DNA from: Alphaproteobacteria bacterium | GTDB taxonomy: Bacteria > Pseudomonadota > Alphaproteobacteria > GCA-2731375 | Direction: 5' to 3' | Assembly (NCBI GenBank): GCA_965216645.1 | Contig: CBDCGJ010000070.1 | Coordinates: forward strand, 1-64,000 | Length of the DNA: 64,000 bases | Shown: positions 47,469 through 58,292 of the stretch, in pieces | Layout: each line of letters opens with the position of its first letter | How positions within the stretch are numbered: position 1 is the first letter of the stretch | The notes under the pieces: generated by a model | Told to the model about the DNA's origin: nothing | The model's input: only the letters and a program-made list of their open reading frames with translations | Database searches by the model: none | Translations under genes and position numbers: made by a program

Positions 47469-48473
47469 CTATTTGACGATGATTTCCCGATCCGGGTTAA
47501 AGGCGACATAGGCGAAGGCGAAGTCGACGGTATAATGGACATCCACCATTTCGCCATCCTCGCCCTTCTTCTGTACCACCACGTTGCCCACATCCTGCCC
47601 TTCCGCGATGATCGGAGTGTCGAGGGCGGAGTTCTGTCCCGGCTCCCAGGTGATGATGATACCATCCTCTGTCTCTATACGTTTCATCTTACGCAACAGA
47701 TCAAGCGCCCATGCCGTGCCGTTGACGGTTACCACCCGATCCAGCGCGCCGATGTCTTTCGGTGCCTTACCTTTGTAGAGGAACGGCCAAGCGGAGGTAT
47801 CGTAACCGGCATAGGGATTGGCGCCATACCGGCGCATATGGACATTGTTCGGCACCAGGACAAGCCCCGCCGGCGCCCGCGCCTTGAACCTGCCGAAGGA
47901 TTCGATGCGCGCGGCGACGAATTTCAGCTCGGTTCCGGTCATCTCGCCGACGATGGCGCTACCGGTAAACTGCTGCCACCAGCTCTCGGTCTGCCGATCA
48001 TACATCACCAAATCGGAATTCCTGAGATTTCCCGTGGTGCCGAAGTCCAGGACTTTGTCGCCGACCCGGCGGTCGAACACCACGGCAGCGTTGCAAAGCG
48101 GGCAGAAAGTGACGGAAACCGGCACGCCACCAATCTCGTCATTGACGATTTCGTGCCAGATCAGGATGCGCAAGGGATAAGCCTTGCTCTCGCCGTTCAG
48201 GGTCAGGCCGATCACCGGCTCCGTATCCGGCAGCCCCTGCACCTCGGCGATGGCGGTGAATTCCGGCTTGTCGATCGCCGGAATACCGTCCTTCGGCACC
48301 CCACCGGAAAGGATTTCGCGGAGGTCGATGGAGGTTTTGGAGAAATCCGTGTTCGGCCAGGCCCCTTCAAAACGGGACGCGTCGGCCCAGGCCGTCGTGG
48401 TCAGCGCCAATACGAGCACCAGGGTTGCAAAGCGAGAAACAGACCGCATCACCATATCCTCCAATCGCGCCAA
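47469..48473 (-). CDS. DUF3179-family secreted protein
   Basis: Signal peptide; recalled family pattern GIPAIDKPEF...FCPLCN...WWQQFTG. Confidence 0.45.
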   Translation of the reverse strand: MARLEDMVMRSVSRFATLVLVLALTTTAWADASRFEGAWPNTDFSKTSIDLREILSGGVPKDGIPAIDKPEFTAIAEVQGLPDTEPVIGLTLNGESKAYPLRILIWHEIVNDEIGGVPVSVTFCPLCNAAVVFDRRVGDKVLDFGTTGNLRNSDLVMYDRQTESWWQQFTGSAIVGEMTGTELKFVAARIESFGRFKARAPAGLVLVPNNVHMRRYGANPYAGYDTSAWPFLYKGKAPKDIGALDRVVTVNGTAWALDLLRKMKRIETEDGIIITWEPGQNSALDTPIIAEGQDVGNVVVQKKGEDGEMVDVHYTVDFAFAYVAFNPDREIIVK

Positions 48474-48735
48474 ATCGCATCCTCACCCGCGGCCCCAGGC
48501 CTGGCAAATCACGGCTGGGTGACGAATGCTTGACCGCGTCACCGCCGGCGGTCATAGCTTAGAGCATATATCTACCAGGCTGCCGAAAAAGTCGACACCG
48601 GCCCAATTTCTTTCAGTGTCATGCCGGAAACGGCGAAGCCGTTATCCGGTATCTCGGGCAGGATAGAGCGTCGTTTCGACAGCTTGCTCCATTCTACTCA
48701 AGATCCCGGATCGCGCTACGCTTGCCCGGGATGAT

Positions 48736-50132
48736 GGGATGGACCTTTCCCGCTTTCTATTCCTCAATGGACGGCTTCTAAGAGCCAGTGAGGTGGATTT
48801 GAAAGGAGAAAGGCCCATGACGGAGATTAGTTTGTTGAGCATCGATTTGGCAAAGAACATTTTTCACATTCACGGGACCGATGGGGCGGGCGAGACGGTG
48901 TTGGAGAAGAAACTGCGCCGCGCCGCTTTGAAGCGTTATCTGGCGGCCTTGCCGCCCTGTCGCATCGCCATGGAGAGCTGCGGCGGGGCGAACTATTGGG
49001 GCCGCTATTGCCAATCACTGGGCCATGAGGTGGTGCTGATCCATCCGCGCCGGGTGGCGATGTTTTTGGGCGCGCATAAGAGCGATACGCGGGACGCCCG
49101 CGCCATCACCACCGCGGCCAGGCAGCCGGACACACGGTTTATCCCGGTGAAGACGATGACGCAGCAGGACCTGGGCAGCCTCTTGCGCCTGCGCGAGGGC
49201 CTGCTCGGCCAGCGCACCGAGACGGTCAACCGGCTGCGCGGCCTGTTGGCCGAATACGGCCATGTCTACCCCAAAGGCCGGGCCCGCTTCTGCCGCCAGC
49301 TGCCGCTTTGGCTGGCCGAGCTCGAACTCGCTCCGGCGCTCCTGCGCGGCCTGGAAATGCAGGCACTGATGCTGCTCGAGATCGAGGCTCAGATCCGCGA
49401 ACTCGACGGCCTGATCAAGGCTCAGCTGAAGGCCGACGAGCGCGCCCCGTGGCTGCTTTCGATCCCCGGCATCGGCCCCTTGACCGCCGCCGCCCTCATC
49501 GCCGCCGTCGACGATCCCGGCCTCTATGCCTCGGCCCGCATGTTCGCCGCCTGGCTCGGTCTGGTGCCCAGACAGCACGGCACCGGCGGGCGCACCCGAT
49601 TGTTGCGCATCACCAAACGCGGCAACGCCCTGATCCGCAAATGGCTGGTCCAGGGCGCGCACAGCCTGATCACCGTCGCCGGCCGCCAGCAACAGCCGCG
49701 CAACCGGCTCGAGGCCTTCATCATGCGCAAGCGCGCCGAAAACCTCAATCGCAACGTCCTCGCCGTCGCCGTCGCCAACCGACTGGCCCGCATCGCCTGG
49801 GCCTGCCTGAGCAAACAAACCAGCTTCAATCCCGCCGGCTGAAGCTGACCACCGCCACGCAACCGAAACCACGAACGAAACGCAAAAGACCAGCAAAACA
49901 CAGCAGAAAAGGACAAACCCCATTCACCGCGAGAAGAAGACATGGCAGGACCGAGACCCGGGTCAGGACGGAGCGTCATCGACCAAAAAAGGTCGTCGGG
50001 ATGATTGTACCGACCCGGGCCGCGATCGACCCATTCCGTCCAGGGCAACAAAACCCGCAAACAGGACGAATACATGAGCGTGGGTCAAAGCCACAGTTTC
50101 TTCTTGCAAATCCGGAAAGGTCCATACATGAC
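48736..50132 (+). mobile_element. IS110-family IS, copy B (full length), inserted after a CCCGGGATGA REP-like motif
   Basis: Near-identical to copy A over the transposase (one N/D difference seen) and ~85-90% identical over the 5' UTR; the right end ...CATACATGAC lies at 50128-50132. Confidence 0.7.
48817..49842 (+). CDS. IS110-family transposase
   Basis: 341 aa, MTEISLLSIDLAKNIFHIHG...; the longer track ORF has an unsupported 5' extension. Confidence 0.85.
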   Translation: MTEISLLSIDLAKNIFHIHGTDGAGETVLEKKLRRAALKRYLAALPPCRIAMESCGGANYWGRYCQSLGHEVVLIHPRRVAMFLGAHKSDTRDARAITTAARQPDTRFIPVKTMTQQDLGSLLRLREGLLGQRTETVNRLRGLLAEYGHVYPKGRARFCRQLPLWLAELELAPALLRGLEMQALMLLEIEAQIRELDGLIKAQLKADERAPWLLSIPGIGPLTAAALIAAVDDPGLYASARMFAAWLGLVPRQHGTGGRTRLLRITKRGNALIRKWLVQGAHSLITVAGRQQQPRNRLEAFIMRKRAENLNRNVLAVAVANRLARIAWACLSKQTSFNPAG

Positions 50133-51114
50133 GCAGCAGGACCTGGGCAGCCTCTTGCGCCTGCGCGAGGGCCTGCTCGGCCAGCGCACCGAGACGGTCA
50201 ACCGGCTGCGCGGCCTGTTGGCCGAATACGGCCATGTCTACCCCAAAGGCCGGGCCCGCTTCTGCCGCCAGCTGCCGCTTTGGCTGGCCGAGCTCGAACT
50301 CGCTCCGGCGCTCCTGCGCGGCCTGGAAATGCAGGCACTGATGCTGCTCGAGATCGAGGCTCAGATCCGCGAACTCGACGGCCTGATCAAGGCTCAGCTG
50401 AAGGCCGACGAGCGCGCCCCGTGGCTGCTTTCGATCCCCGGCATCGGCCCCTTGACCGCCGCCGCCCTCATCGCCGCCGTCGACGATCCCGGCCTCTATG
50501 CCTCGGCCCGCATGTTCGCCGCCTGGCTCGGTCTGGTGCCCAGACAGCACGGCACCGGCGGGCGCACCCGATTGTTGCGCATCACCAAACGCGGCAACGC
50601 CCTGATCCGCAAATGGCTGGTCCAGGGCGCGCACAGCCTGATCACCGTCGCCGGCCGCCAGCAACAGCCGCGCAACCGGCTCGAGGCCTTCATCATGCGC
50701 AAGCGCGCCGAAAACCTCAATCGCAACGTCCTCGCCGTCGCCGTCGCCAACCGACTGGCCCGCATCGCCTGGGCCTGCCTGAGCAAACAAACCAGCTTCA
50801 ATCCCGCCGGCTGAAGCTGACCACCGCCACGCAACCGAAACCACGAACGAAACGCAAAAGACCAGCAAAACACAGCAGAAAAGGACAAACCCCATTCACC
50901 GCGAGAAGAAGACATGGCAGGACCGAGACCCGGGTCAGGACGGAGCGTCATCGACCAAAAAAGGTCGTCGGGATGATTGTACCGACCCGGGCCGCGATCG
51001 ACCCATTCCGTCCAGGGCAACAAAACCCGCAAACAGGACGAATACATGAGCGTGGGTCAAAGCCACAGTTTCTTCTTGCAAATCCGGAAAGGTCCATACA
51101 TGACGCGACCTCTC
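50133..51114 (+). mobile_element. IS110-family IS, copy C, 5'-truncated and fused directly to the right end of copy B
   Basis: The junction ...CATACATGAC|GCAGCAGGACCTGGGC matches the internal site GATGAC|GCAGCAGG of the full-length IS (copy A 34792-34804). The transposase remnant 50133..50814 lacks its first ~115 codons; right end is at 51110-51114. Confidence 0.7.
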
Positions 51115-51303
51115 CGTCATCCCGGCCGCAACGTAGTGGAGAGCCGGGATCGTCGCGGGCGCAGTGTTTGGGACGATCCCGGATATCGCCTGCGGCGATT
51201 CCGGGATGACGAGAATGGGAACGACAGAACAGAGATGATGACCAGATTATTGTTCGTTTGGTTTTTTCAGTAGCCTGCTAAGCTTGATTATGAGGTATTT
51301 GGC

Positions 51304-52413
51304 ATGACGGATCGAGTGGATTGCATCGTTGTCGGCGCCGGCGTGGTCGGCTTGGCGATCGCCCGCGATTTGGCGATGAGCGGCCGCGAGGTCGTGGTTG
51401 TCGAACGGGCCGACGCCATCGGCACCGAAACCTCTTCCCGCAACAGCGAGGTGATCCATGCCGGCATCTATTATCCCAAGGACAGTTTGAAAGCCCGTTT
51501 CTGCGTCCAGGGCAAGCATATGCTCTACGCCTATTGTGACAGTCATCACGTCCCCTATCGGCGCTGCGGCAAGCTGATCGTCGCGGCGGACGAAGATGAA
51601 ACCGACATACTGCAGGAGATCACGGTGAAGGCCCGCAATAACGGCGTGCCGGATCTGGAACAGCTGACCGCCGATCAAGCTCAAGCACTCGAACCGGAAC
51701 TGGCCTGCGCCGGCGCCCTCTTATCGCCGTCCACGGGCATCATCGACAGCCATGCCCTGATGCTGAGCTATCAGGGGGAAGCGGAAGATCACGGCGCGAT
51801 GGTCGCCTTTCTCAGCCAGGTCGTCGGCGGCCGGATCGGCAATGACGGCTTTAATCTCCAGGTCGACATGGCCGACGGACGCTATGAATTGGCCTGCCGG
51901 GAGTTGGTCAACACCGCCGGGCTCGGCGCCGTCGAACTAGCCAATAAGCTGGAAAACGGGCCAATGGAGATGATCCCGCCGGCTTATTTGTGCAAGGGCA
52001 GCTATTATGCGTTAGTGGGGAAGCAGCCTTTCTCCCGCCTGATCTATCCGGTACCGGCCTCCGCCAGTCTAGGCGTTCATGTCACCGTCGATATGGGTGG
52101 ACAAACAAAGTTCGGCCCGGACCAGGAATGGGTCGACGAATTGGACTATGATGTCGATCCCCGCCGCGCCGACGCCTTTTACGCCGCCGTGCGCCGCTAT
52201 TGGCCGGGCCTGCAAGACGGGCAATTACACCCCGCCTATGCCGGTATGCGGCCGAAAATCAACGCCCCGGACGAGCCGGCGGCGGATTTCATGATCCAAG
52301 GCCCCTCGGACCATGGTACCCGGGGTCTTGTCCATCTCTTCGGTGTGGAATCGCCCGGCCTGACCTCTTCCCTCGCGATTGCCGAATATGTCCGGGAATT
52401 GCTCGATTCTTAA
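51304..52413 (+). CDS. FAD-dependent oxidoreductase (L-2-hydroxyglutarate oxidase/dehydrogenase-like, DAO family)
   Basis: [15 protein letters not shown] dinucleotide motif; length and pattern are LhgO-like. Confidence 0.55.
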   Translation: MTDRVDCIVVGAGVVGLAIARDLAMSGREVVVVERADAIGTETSSRNSEVIHAGIYYPKDSLKARFCVQGKHMLYAYCDSHHVPYRRCGKLIVAADEDETDILQEITVKARNNGVPDLEQLTADQAQALEPELACAGALLSPSTGIIDSHALMLSYQGEAEDHGAMVAFLSQVVGGRIGNDGFNLQVDMADGRYELACRELVNTAGLGAVELANKLENGPMEMIPPAYLCKGSYYALVGKQPFSRLIYPVPASASLGVHVTVDMGGQTKFGPDQEWVDELDYDVDPRRADAFYAAVRRYWPGLQDGQLHPAYAGMRPKINAPDEPAADFMIQGPSDHGTRGLVHLFGVESPGLTSSLAIAEYVRELLDS

Positions 52414-52611
52414 GATTTAGGGCCGGTGGACCCTGCTGGTTGGGCGCCTAAAGTTGCGTCCAAACAAAGCTTCGAGAAATTCTTCGTTCCGCCCAACCGC
52501 ACGCTCGAAACTTCCTTGCGGGCATCTTCACAACCGCGTCAAGTAATTGAAAATTAACCATTTTGTGACAAGGTAGATGATGTAGTTCGAAGTCTCGAAG
52601 GGAGTTATCCC

Positions 52612-53685
52612 GTGTCTGTATTCAGAGCCGACGATTTTCACGATCACGAATCCATTCATTTCTTTCATGACAAAGACAGCGGTTTAAAGGCGATAATCGC
52701 CATCCATGACCGCACCATGGGCCCGGCCCTCGGCGGCACCCGGATGTGGCCCTATGCCAGCGATGAAGAGGCCTTGACCGACGTGCTGCGGCTCTCCCGC
52801 GGCATGACGTATAAAAGCGCGCTGGCGCGCCTGCCCTTCGGCGGCGGCAAGGCGGTTATCCTCGCCAACGCCAAAACCGACAAGACCCCGCAGCTTCTAT
52901 CCGCCTATGGCGATGCGGTGGACCAGTTGGGCGGTGCCTACATCACCGCGGAAGATGTCGGCGTCAGTCCGGCGGATATGGAAATCGTCGCCGGACGCAC
53001 GAAACATGTCGCCGGTATCGCGGCCGGCGGCGCCGGTGACGGCGACCCCTCTCCCGCCACGGCCTGGGGCGTTTTCCACGGCATCAAGGCCGCCGTTAAG
53101 CATCGCCTGAAGCGCGACACGCTCTCCGGATTGCGGGTCGCCGTTCAGGGACTGGGTCATGTCGGTTGGCATCTGTGCCGGCATCTGCATGACGCCGGAG
53201 CCAAGCTAATCGTCGCCGACCTGAACGCGGCGCAAACCAAGAAGGCCGCGCGGCAATTCGCCGCCACCGTGGTCGCGCCGGATGAAATCCTGTCCGTCGA
53301 GGCGGATGTCTTCGCGCCCTGCGCCTTGGGCGCCATCCTGAACGACGACACTCTGTCGGGTCTGAACGTCGGTATCGTCGCCGGTTCCGCCAACAACCAA
53401 CTGGCGGAAGAGCGCCATGGCGACGAACTGCGCCGCCGCGGCATCCTCTATGCGCCCGACTATGTCATCAACGCTGGCGGCATCATCAACATCGCCCATG
53501 AAGGTCCGGACTATGACCGGGAGGCCGCCTTCGCCCATTGTGCGCGCATTGCCGAGACCCTGGCCGACATTTTCGCCGAAGCCGATGCCCAGGACCGCTC
53601 ACCGCATCACATCGCCGACGATTTGGCGGAGCGGTTGATCGCGGAGAAAAAGCGGGCCGCGCAGCCGCTTAAACTGGCTGTCTAA
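52612..53685 (+). CDS. Glu/Leu/Phe/Val dehydrogenase family enzyme (leucine dehydrogenase-like)
   Basis: LPFGGGKAVI catalytic-Lys region and GLGHVGWHL NAD motif. Confidence 0.75.
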   Translation: MSVFRADDFHDHESIHFFHDKDSGLKAIIAIHDRTMGPALGGTRMWPYASDEEALTDVLRLSRGMTYKSALARLPFGGGKAVILANAKTDKTPQLLSAYGDAVDQLGGAYITAEDVGVSPADMEIVAGRTKHVAGIAAGGAGDGDPSPATAWGVFHGIKAAVKHRLKRDTLSGLRVAVQGLGHVGWHLCRHLHDAGAKLIVADLNAAQTKKAARQFAATVVAPDEILSVEADVFAPCALGAILNDDTLSGLNVGIVAGSANNQLAEERHGDELRRRGILYAPDYVINAGGIINIAHEGPDYDREAAFAHCARIAETLADIFAEADAQDRSPHHIADDLAERLIAEKKRAAQPLKLAV

Positions 53686-54098
53686 GTCGCGGCCCAGACA
53701 ATAGCCGCATATCGGGCCGCCTTCCCAAGCGTCACGAGCAGCAGGAAGCGCCCGAGCGGCACCCTCAAAACACCGGCGGCGAAGGTCAGCGGATCGCCAA
53801 CGATGGGTAGCCAGGCGAGCAACAGGCTCCATTGACCCCAACGGCGGAACCGGGCCGTTGCCTTGGCCAAGGCTTCCTCCGAAAACGGAAACCAGGACCG
53901 GTCGCGGAAACCAAGCAGATACTGGCCCAATCCCCAATTGACCACCGCGCCCAACACATTGCCGACGGTCACCGCCGCCCAGGCCGGCCACGGGGCCGCC
54001 TCCCCCGACACGATCGCCGCGGCCAATCCAAGCTCCGAAAATGCGGGCAACAACGTCGCGGCGACAAAGGCGGTGAAAAACAGCCCGAGATAGATCAC
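53682..54098 (-). CDS. DedA/YqaA-family small membrane protein
   Basis: A GTG-start ORF of ~139 aa with 3-4 TM helices. The upstream track extension is Arg/Cys-rich and overlaps the next gene. Confidence 0.4.
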   Translation of the reverse strand: MIYLGLFFTAFVAATLLPAFSELGLAAAIVSGEAAPWPAWAAVTVGNVLGAVVNWGLGQYLLGFRDRSWFPFSEEALAKATARFRRWGQWSLLLAWLPIVGDPLTFAAGVLRVPLGRFLLLVTLGKAARYAAIVWAAT

Positions 54099-54102
54099 AG
54101 GC

Positions 54103-54546
54103 TCAGATAAGACCCAGACGCCGCAATTCGGCCTGCATTTCCGTCGGCATTTCGTCGATTTCGCCAGCGGTCGCACCGGGCGGCAGGTCCGGCGGCGCAT
54201 CCTCGCCCGGCAGATAGCGCCAGCCCTGAAACGGCCGGCGGGCGCGCCACTGGGTCCGCACCAGCTCGGGATGCAACACGATGGCACAGCGCCGAATGCC
54301 GTCGGCGTCATGGACTTCGTCCAGGCGCAAAATCCGCTGCCGGACCTGGACATAGCCGGAAATTACCCAGTAGAGGGAGCCGCCGTCCAGCAGCTCCACC
54401 CGTCGTCGCGGCGTCATCCGCGTAATATGCCGGCTTTCCGCCGGCTCGCCGGCCGCCTTGCGTTCGGCCCGCCGCCGCTTCTGCGATTCTGCCAGGACGT
54501 CAATTGAATCAACGCCAACACAGAGCTTTATGAGGTTTAATTTCAA
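54103..54546 (-). CDS. DUF1489-family protein
   Basis: 147 aa, MKLNLIKLCVGVDSIDVL...; family assignment is from recall. Confidence 0.45.
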   Translation of the reverse strand: MKLNLIKLCVGVDSIDVLAESQKRRRAERKAAGEPAESRHITRMTPRRRVELLDGGSLYWVISGYVQVRQRILRLDEVHDADGIRRCAIVLHPELVRTQWRARRPFQGWRYLPGEDAPPDLPPGATAGEIDEMPTEMQAELRRLGLI

Positions 54547-56558
54547 CTGTCTTCGAAGGTGACCAAAACCGCGCCTTCGTCGACCTGGTCGCCGGCACCG
54601 CAGCAGATTTCCTTGATCTTGCCGGCGGCCGGAGCGGTGATGGTGTGCTCCATCTTCATGGCTTCCAATATCATCAGCGGCGCGCCCTTCTTGACCGCGT
54701 CGCCATTGTTGGCGGACACCTCGAGTATCTTGCCCGGCAGCGGGGCCGTCACGTCGCTCAACACGTCTTGATCGATGTCGCTGAGATTCATCGGATCCGA
54801 ACGCTTCAGCCGATGACTGCCGCCGTCGGCGAAGATGACGATTTGATCGCCGTCATGCACCACCGCCGCGTTCACGCGCACGCCGTCGAGATCGGCCGAC
54901 AGACTGCCGTCCTCGTCCAGCTCGCCCCGCACCGCCATTTCGCCGTTGGGTAGGCCCAGGCGGTACAAATCGTCGCCGGCGAAGTCGACGCGGATTTCGA
55001 TTTCGCTGCCTTGATCCTCCAAATGCACCAGATCGTAGCCCCGGCCATTCAAACGCCAACCATTGGTGGAAAACCAGGGAGAATACCGATCTTCGCTCGA
55101 CACTGCCTGCGATGCCGCGCTTTGCCGGCGGCGGACCAACACATCCAGCGTTGCCAAGGCCAGCACCCGGTCGCTGCTGGCGCCCGTGTCCGGCAGCAGA
55201 TCGGCGGCATGATTTTCAATAAAACCGGTTTCCAGGTCGCCGGCAACAAATGCCGGATGCCCCGCGACCGCGTTCAGGAAATCCACATTGTTCATCACCC
55301 CGGCGATTTGATAGGCCGCCAATCCCTGCCGCAGACGCCGCAAGGCCGCGTCCCGGTCGCGATCCCAGGCGATCAGCTTGGCGATCATCGGATCGTAGAA
55401 GATCGTCACCTCGTCGCCTTCGCGGACGCCGCTATCGACCCGGAGATGCGCCCCTTCCGCGGGCACCCGCAGCCGCTTCAGGACGCCGGTCGAGGGGAAG
55501 AACTTCTTGGCCGGATTTTCGGCGTAGATCCGTGCCTCCACGGCGTGGCCGGTGATCGACAACTCTTCCTGGCCCAGCGGCAGCTTTCCGCCGGCAGCCA
55601 CGCGCAACTGCCATTCCACCAGGTCCTGGCCGGTCACCATTTCGGTGACCGGATGTTCCACCTGAAGGCGGGTGTTCATCTCCATGAAATAAAAGCGATC
55701 TTGACGCAGGCCGTCACTCACATCCGCAATGAATTCGACGGTCCCGGCACCGACATAGTCGATCGCCTTGGCCGCCGCTACCGCCGCCTCGCCCATGGCG
55801 CGGCGCATCTCCGCCGACATGCCCGGCGCCGGCGCTTCCTCCAATACTTTCTGATGGCGCCGCTGTACGGAGCAGTCGCGTTCGAACAGATGTACCGCGT
55901 TGCCGTGTTTGTCGGCGAAGACCTGGACCTCGATATGACGCGGGCGCAGCAGGTATTTCTCCAGCAAGACCTTGTCGTCGCCGAAGGCATTCGCCGCTTC
56001 GCGCCGGGCGCCGGCCAATTCCTTGGCGAAAATTTCGCCATCGTCGACCCGGCGCATCCCCTTACCGCCACCGCCGGCGACCGCCTTGATCAACACGGGA
56101 TAACCGATCTTGTCCGCTTCGCTTTGCAGCAAAGCGTCGTCCTGATCGTCGCCATGATAGCCGGGCACCACCGGCACGTTGGCCGCCTCCATCCGGGCCT
56201 TGGCCGCCGCTTTTTCGCCCATCTCCTGAATTGCCGCCGCGGGCGGGCCGATGAAGACCATGTCCGCCGCCGCGCAAGCCTCCGCGAATTCGGCGTTTTC
56301 CGAGAGGAAACCATAGCCGGGATGGATTGCCTGCGCGCCGGTTTTCTTCGCGGCATCGATCACTGCCTCGATCCGCAAGTAACTTTCGGTCGCCGGGGCC
56401 GGGCCGATCAGGACCGCCTCGTCCGCTTCGGCCACATGCAGGGCGCCGCTGTCCGCTTCGGAATAGACCGCCACCGTGGCAACGCCGAGGCGACGGGCGG
56501 TGCGGATCACGCGGCAGGCGATTTCGCCGCGGTTGGCTATAAGTATCTTCTCGAACAT
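54543..56558 (-). CDS. acyl-CoA carboxylase alpha subunit (biotin carboxylase plus C-terminal biotinyl domain), likely methylcrotonyl-CoA carboxylase MccA
   Basis: MFEKILIANRGEIACRVIRT biotin-carboxylase N-terminus; C-terminal EAMKMEHTI biotinylation motif; adjacent to a 535-aa carboxyltransferase. Confidence 0.8.
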   Translation of the reverse strand: MFEKILIANRGEIACRVIRTARRLGVATVAVYSEADSGALHVAEADEAVLIGPAPATESYLRIEAVIDAAKKTGAQAIHPGYGFLSENAEFAEACAAADMVFIGPPAAAIQEMGEKAAAKARMEAANVPVVPGYHGDDQDDALLQSEADKIGYPVLIKAVAGGGGKGMRRVDDGEIFAKELAGARREAANAFGDDKVLLEKYLLRPRHIEVQVFADKHGNAVHLFERDCSVQRRHQKVLEEAPAPGMSAEMRRAMGEAAVAAAKAIDYVGAGTVEFIADVSDGLRQDRFYFMEMNTRLQVEHPVTEMVTGQDLVEWQLRVAAGGKLPLGQEELSITGHAVEARIYAENPAKKFFPSTGVLKRLRVPAEGAHLRVDSGVREGDEVTIFYDPMIAKLIAWDRDRDAALRRLRQGLAAYQIAGVMNNVDFLNAVAGHPAFVAGDLETGFIENHAADLLPDTGASSDRVLALATLDVLVRRRQSAASQAVSSEDRYSPWFSTNGWRLNGRGYDLVHLEDQGSEIEIRVDFAGDDLYRLGLPNGEMAVRGELDEDGSLSADLDGVRVNAAVVHDGDQIVIFADGGSHRLKRSDPMNLSDIDQDVLSDVTAPLPGKILEVSANNGDAVKKGAPLMILEAMKMEHTITAPAAGKIKEICCGAGDQVDEGAVLVTFEDS

Positions 56559-56567
56559 CGCCGCCCC

Positions 56568-58175
56568 CTACATCCGGAAAATGCCGAACTTGGTCTCCTC
56601 GATCGGCGCGTTCAGCGCCGCCGAGATCCCAAGGCCGAGGACGTTGCGGGTTTCCGCCGGGTCGATAATGCCGTCGTCCCAGAGCCGGGCGGTGGCGAAA
56701 TAGGGCGAGCTCTGCGCCTCGAACTGATCGATGATCGGTTGCTTGAACGCGGCCTCTTCCGCCTCGCTCCAGTCTTCTCCGGCCCGTTCCTTGTTCGCCC
56801 GCGTCACGGTGGCGAGCACGCCCGCCGCCTGCTCCGGCCCCATCAGCGCCAACGACGCGCTGGGCCAGGTCCACAGGAAACGCGGACTATAGGCCCGCCC
56901 GCACATGCCGTAATTGCCGGCGCCGTAGGAGCCGCCGATGATCACGGTGAATTTGGGCACCCGAGTGGTGCTGACCGCGGTCACCAGCTTCGCCCCGTCC
57001 TTGGCGATGCCACCCGCCTCGTATTTTCGGCCAACCATGAAGCCGGAGATGTTCTGCAGGAAAATCAATGGGATATTCCGCTGACTGCAGAGTTCGATGA
57101 AATGCGCGCCTTTCAGCGCGCTTTCCGAAAACAGAATGCCGTTATTGGCGACGATGCCGACCGGATAACCCCAGATATGGGCAAAGCCACAGACCAATGT
57201 GGTGGCGTAGAGTTTCTTGAACTCGTCGAACTCGCTGCCGTCGACGATCCGGGCGATGACTTCGTGGACATCGTAGGGCACCCGCACGTCTTCCGGCAGA
57301 ATGCCATAGAGTTCCGCCGGATCGTAAGCGGGCGCCGCCGGCGCTTGCACCGCCAAAGGATTGGCTTTCTTGCGGTTCAGATTGCTGACGATGGTGCGAG
57401 CGATGGCCAGTGCGTGGTGATCGTTATGGGCATAGTGATCGGTGACGCCGGAGGTGCGCGAATGCAGATCGGCGCCGCCCAGTTCTTCGGGCGAAACCTC
57501 CTCCCCCGTCGCGGCCTTCACCAAAGGCGGGCCGCCGAGGAAGATGGTGCCCTGCTGGCGGACGATGATGCTTTCGTCGGACATTGCCGGGACATAGGCG
57601 CCGCCGGCGGTACAGGAACCCATAACGACGGCGATCTGTGGGATGCCGGCGGCAGACATATTCGCCTGATTGTAGAAAATCCGGCCGAAATGGTCCCGGT
57701 CGGGAAACACGTCCGGCCATTCGGGCAGGTTGGCGCCGCCGGAATCGACCAGGTAGATGCAGGGCAGATTGTTCTGGATCGCGATTTCCTGTGCCCGCGT
57801 ATGTTTCTTCACGGTAATGGCGTAATAGGTGCCGCCCTTCACGGTCGCGTCGTTGGCGACGATCAGGCATTCGCGACCCGATACCCGGCCGATGCCTGTG
57901 ATCACACCGCCGCTGGCGATATTGTCGTCATAGACTTCATGAGCCGCCAGTTGCGACAGTTCCAGAAACGGCGCGCCGCGATCCAATAGGGCCCGAATGC
58001 GATCGCGCGGCAGCAATTTACCGCGGGACAAATGCCTCGTCCGCGCCCGTTCGCCGCCGCCTTGTTTGACCAGTTCGATACGATCCTTCAAATCCGCGAG
58101 CTTCGCTGACATGGCCGACCGATTGGCCTTATATCCGTCCGAACGGGCGTTTATCTTGCTTTCGATCTTGGCCAT
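56568..58175 (-). CDS. acyl-CoA carboxylase carboxyltransferase (beta) subunit, MccB/PccB-like
   Basis: 535 aa with two crotonase-fold carboxyltransferase halves. Confidence 0.8.
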   Translation of the reverse strand: MAKIESKINARSDGYKANRSAMSAKLADLKDRIELVKQGGGERARTRHLSRGKLLPRDRIRALLDRGAPFLELSQLAAHEVYDDNIASGGVITGIGRVSGRECLIVANDATVKGGTYYAITVKKHTRAQEIAIQNNLPCIYLVDSGGANLPEWPDVFPDRDHFGRIFYNQANMSAAGIPQIAVVMGSCTAGGAYVPAMSDESIIVRQQGTIFLGGPPLVKAATGEEVSPEELGGADLHSRTSGVTDHYAHNDHHALAIARTIVSNLNRKKANPLAVQAPAAPAYDPAELYGILPEDVRVPYDVHEVIARIVDGSEFDEFKKLYATTLVCGFAHIWGYPVGIVANNGILFSESALKGAHFIELCSQRNIPLIFLQNISGFMVGRKYEAGGIAKDGAKLVTAVSTTRVPKFTVIIGGSYGAGNYGMCGRAYSPRFLWTWPSASLALMGPEQAAGVLATVTRANKERAGEDWSEAEEAAFKQPIIDQFEAQSSPYFATARLWDDGIIDPAETRNVLGLGISAALNAPIEETKFGIFRM

Positions 58176-58292
58176 CGGGCAGGACCTCGGAAAATCTGGA
58201 ATATGCCGCGACTAGGGCGGAAATGACGGGACTATCGGGCCATGGCATAACCCAATTCCTGTCGGGGGAAAAGCGGTAATCGGCAGTGACGC

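Noticed and set aside
49308-51209. 633-aa Arg/Pro-rich ORF across the tandem IS copies
   Set aside because: It is an alternative-frame reading of the duplicated IS110 sequence. The composition is an artefact of GC-rich antisense or out-of-frame DNA, and the repeated internal segments simply mirror the IS duplication.
55011-57989. 992-aa plus-strand ORF
   Set aside because: It is antisense to the well-supported MccA/MccB-like carboxylase genes and has a low-complexity Arg/Gly/Ala-rich composition typical of the GC-rich opposite strand.
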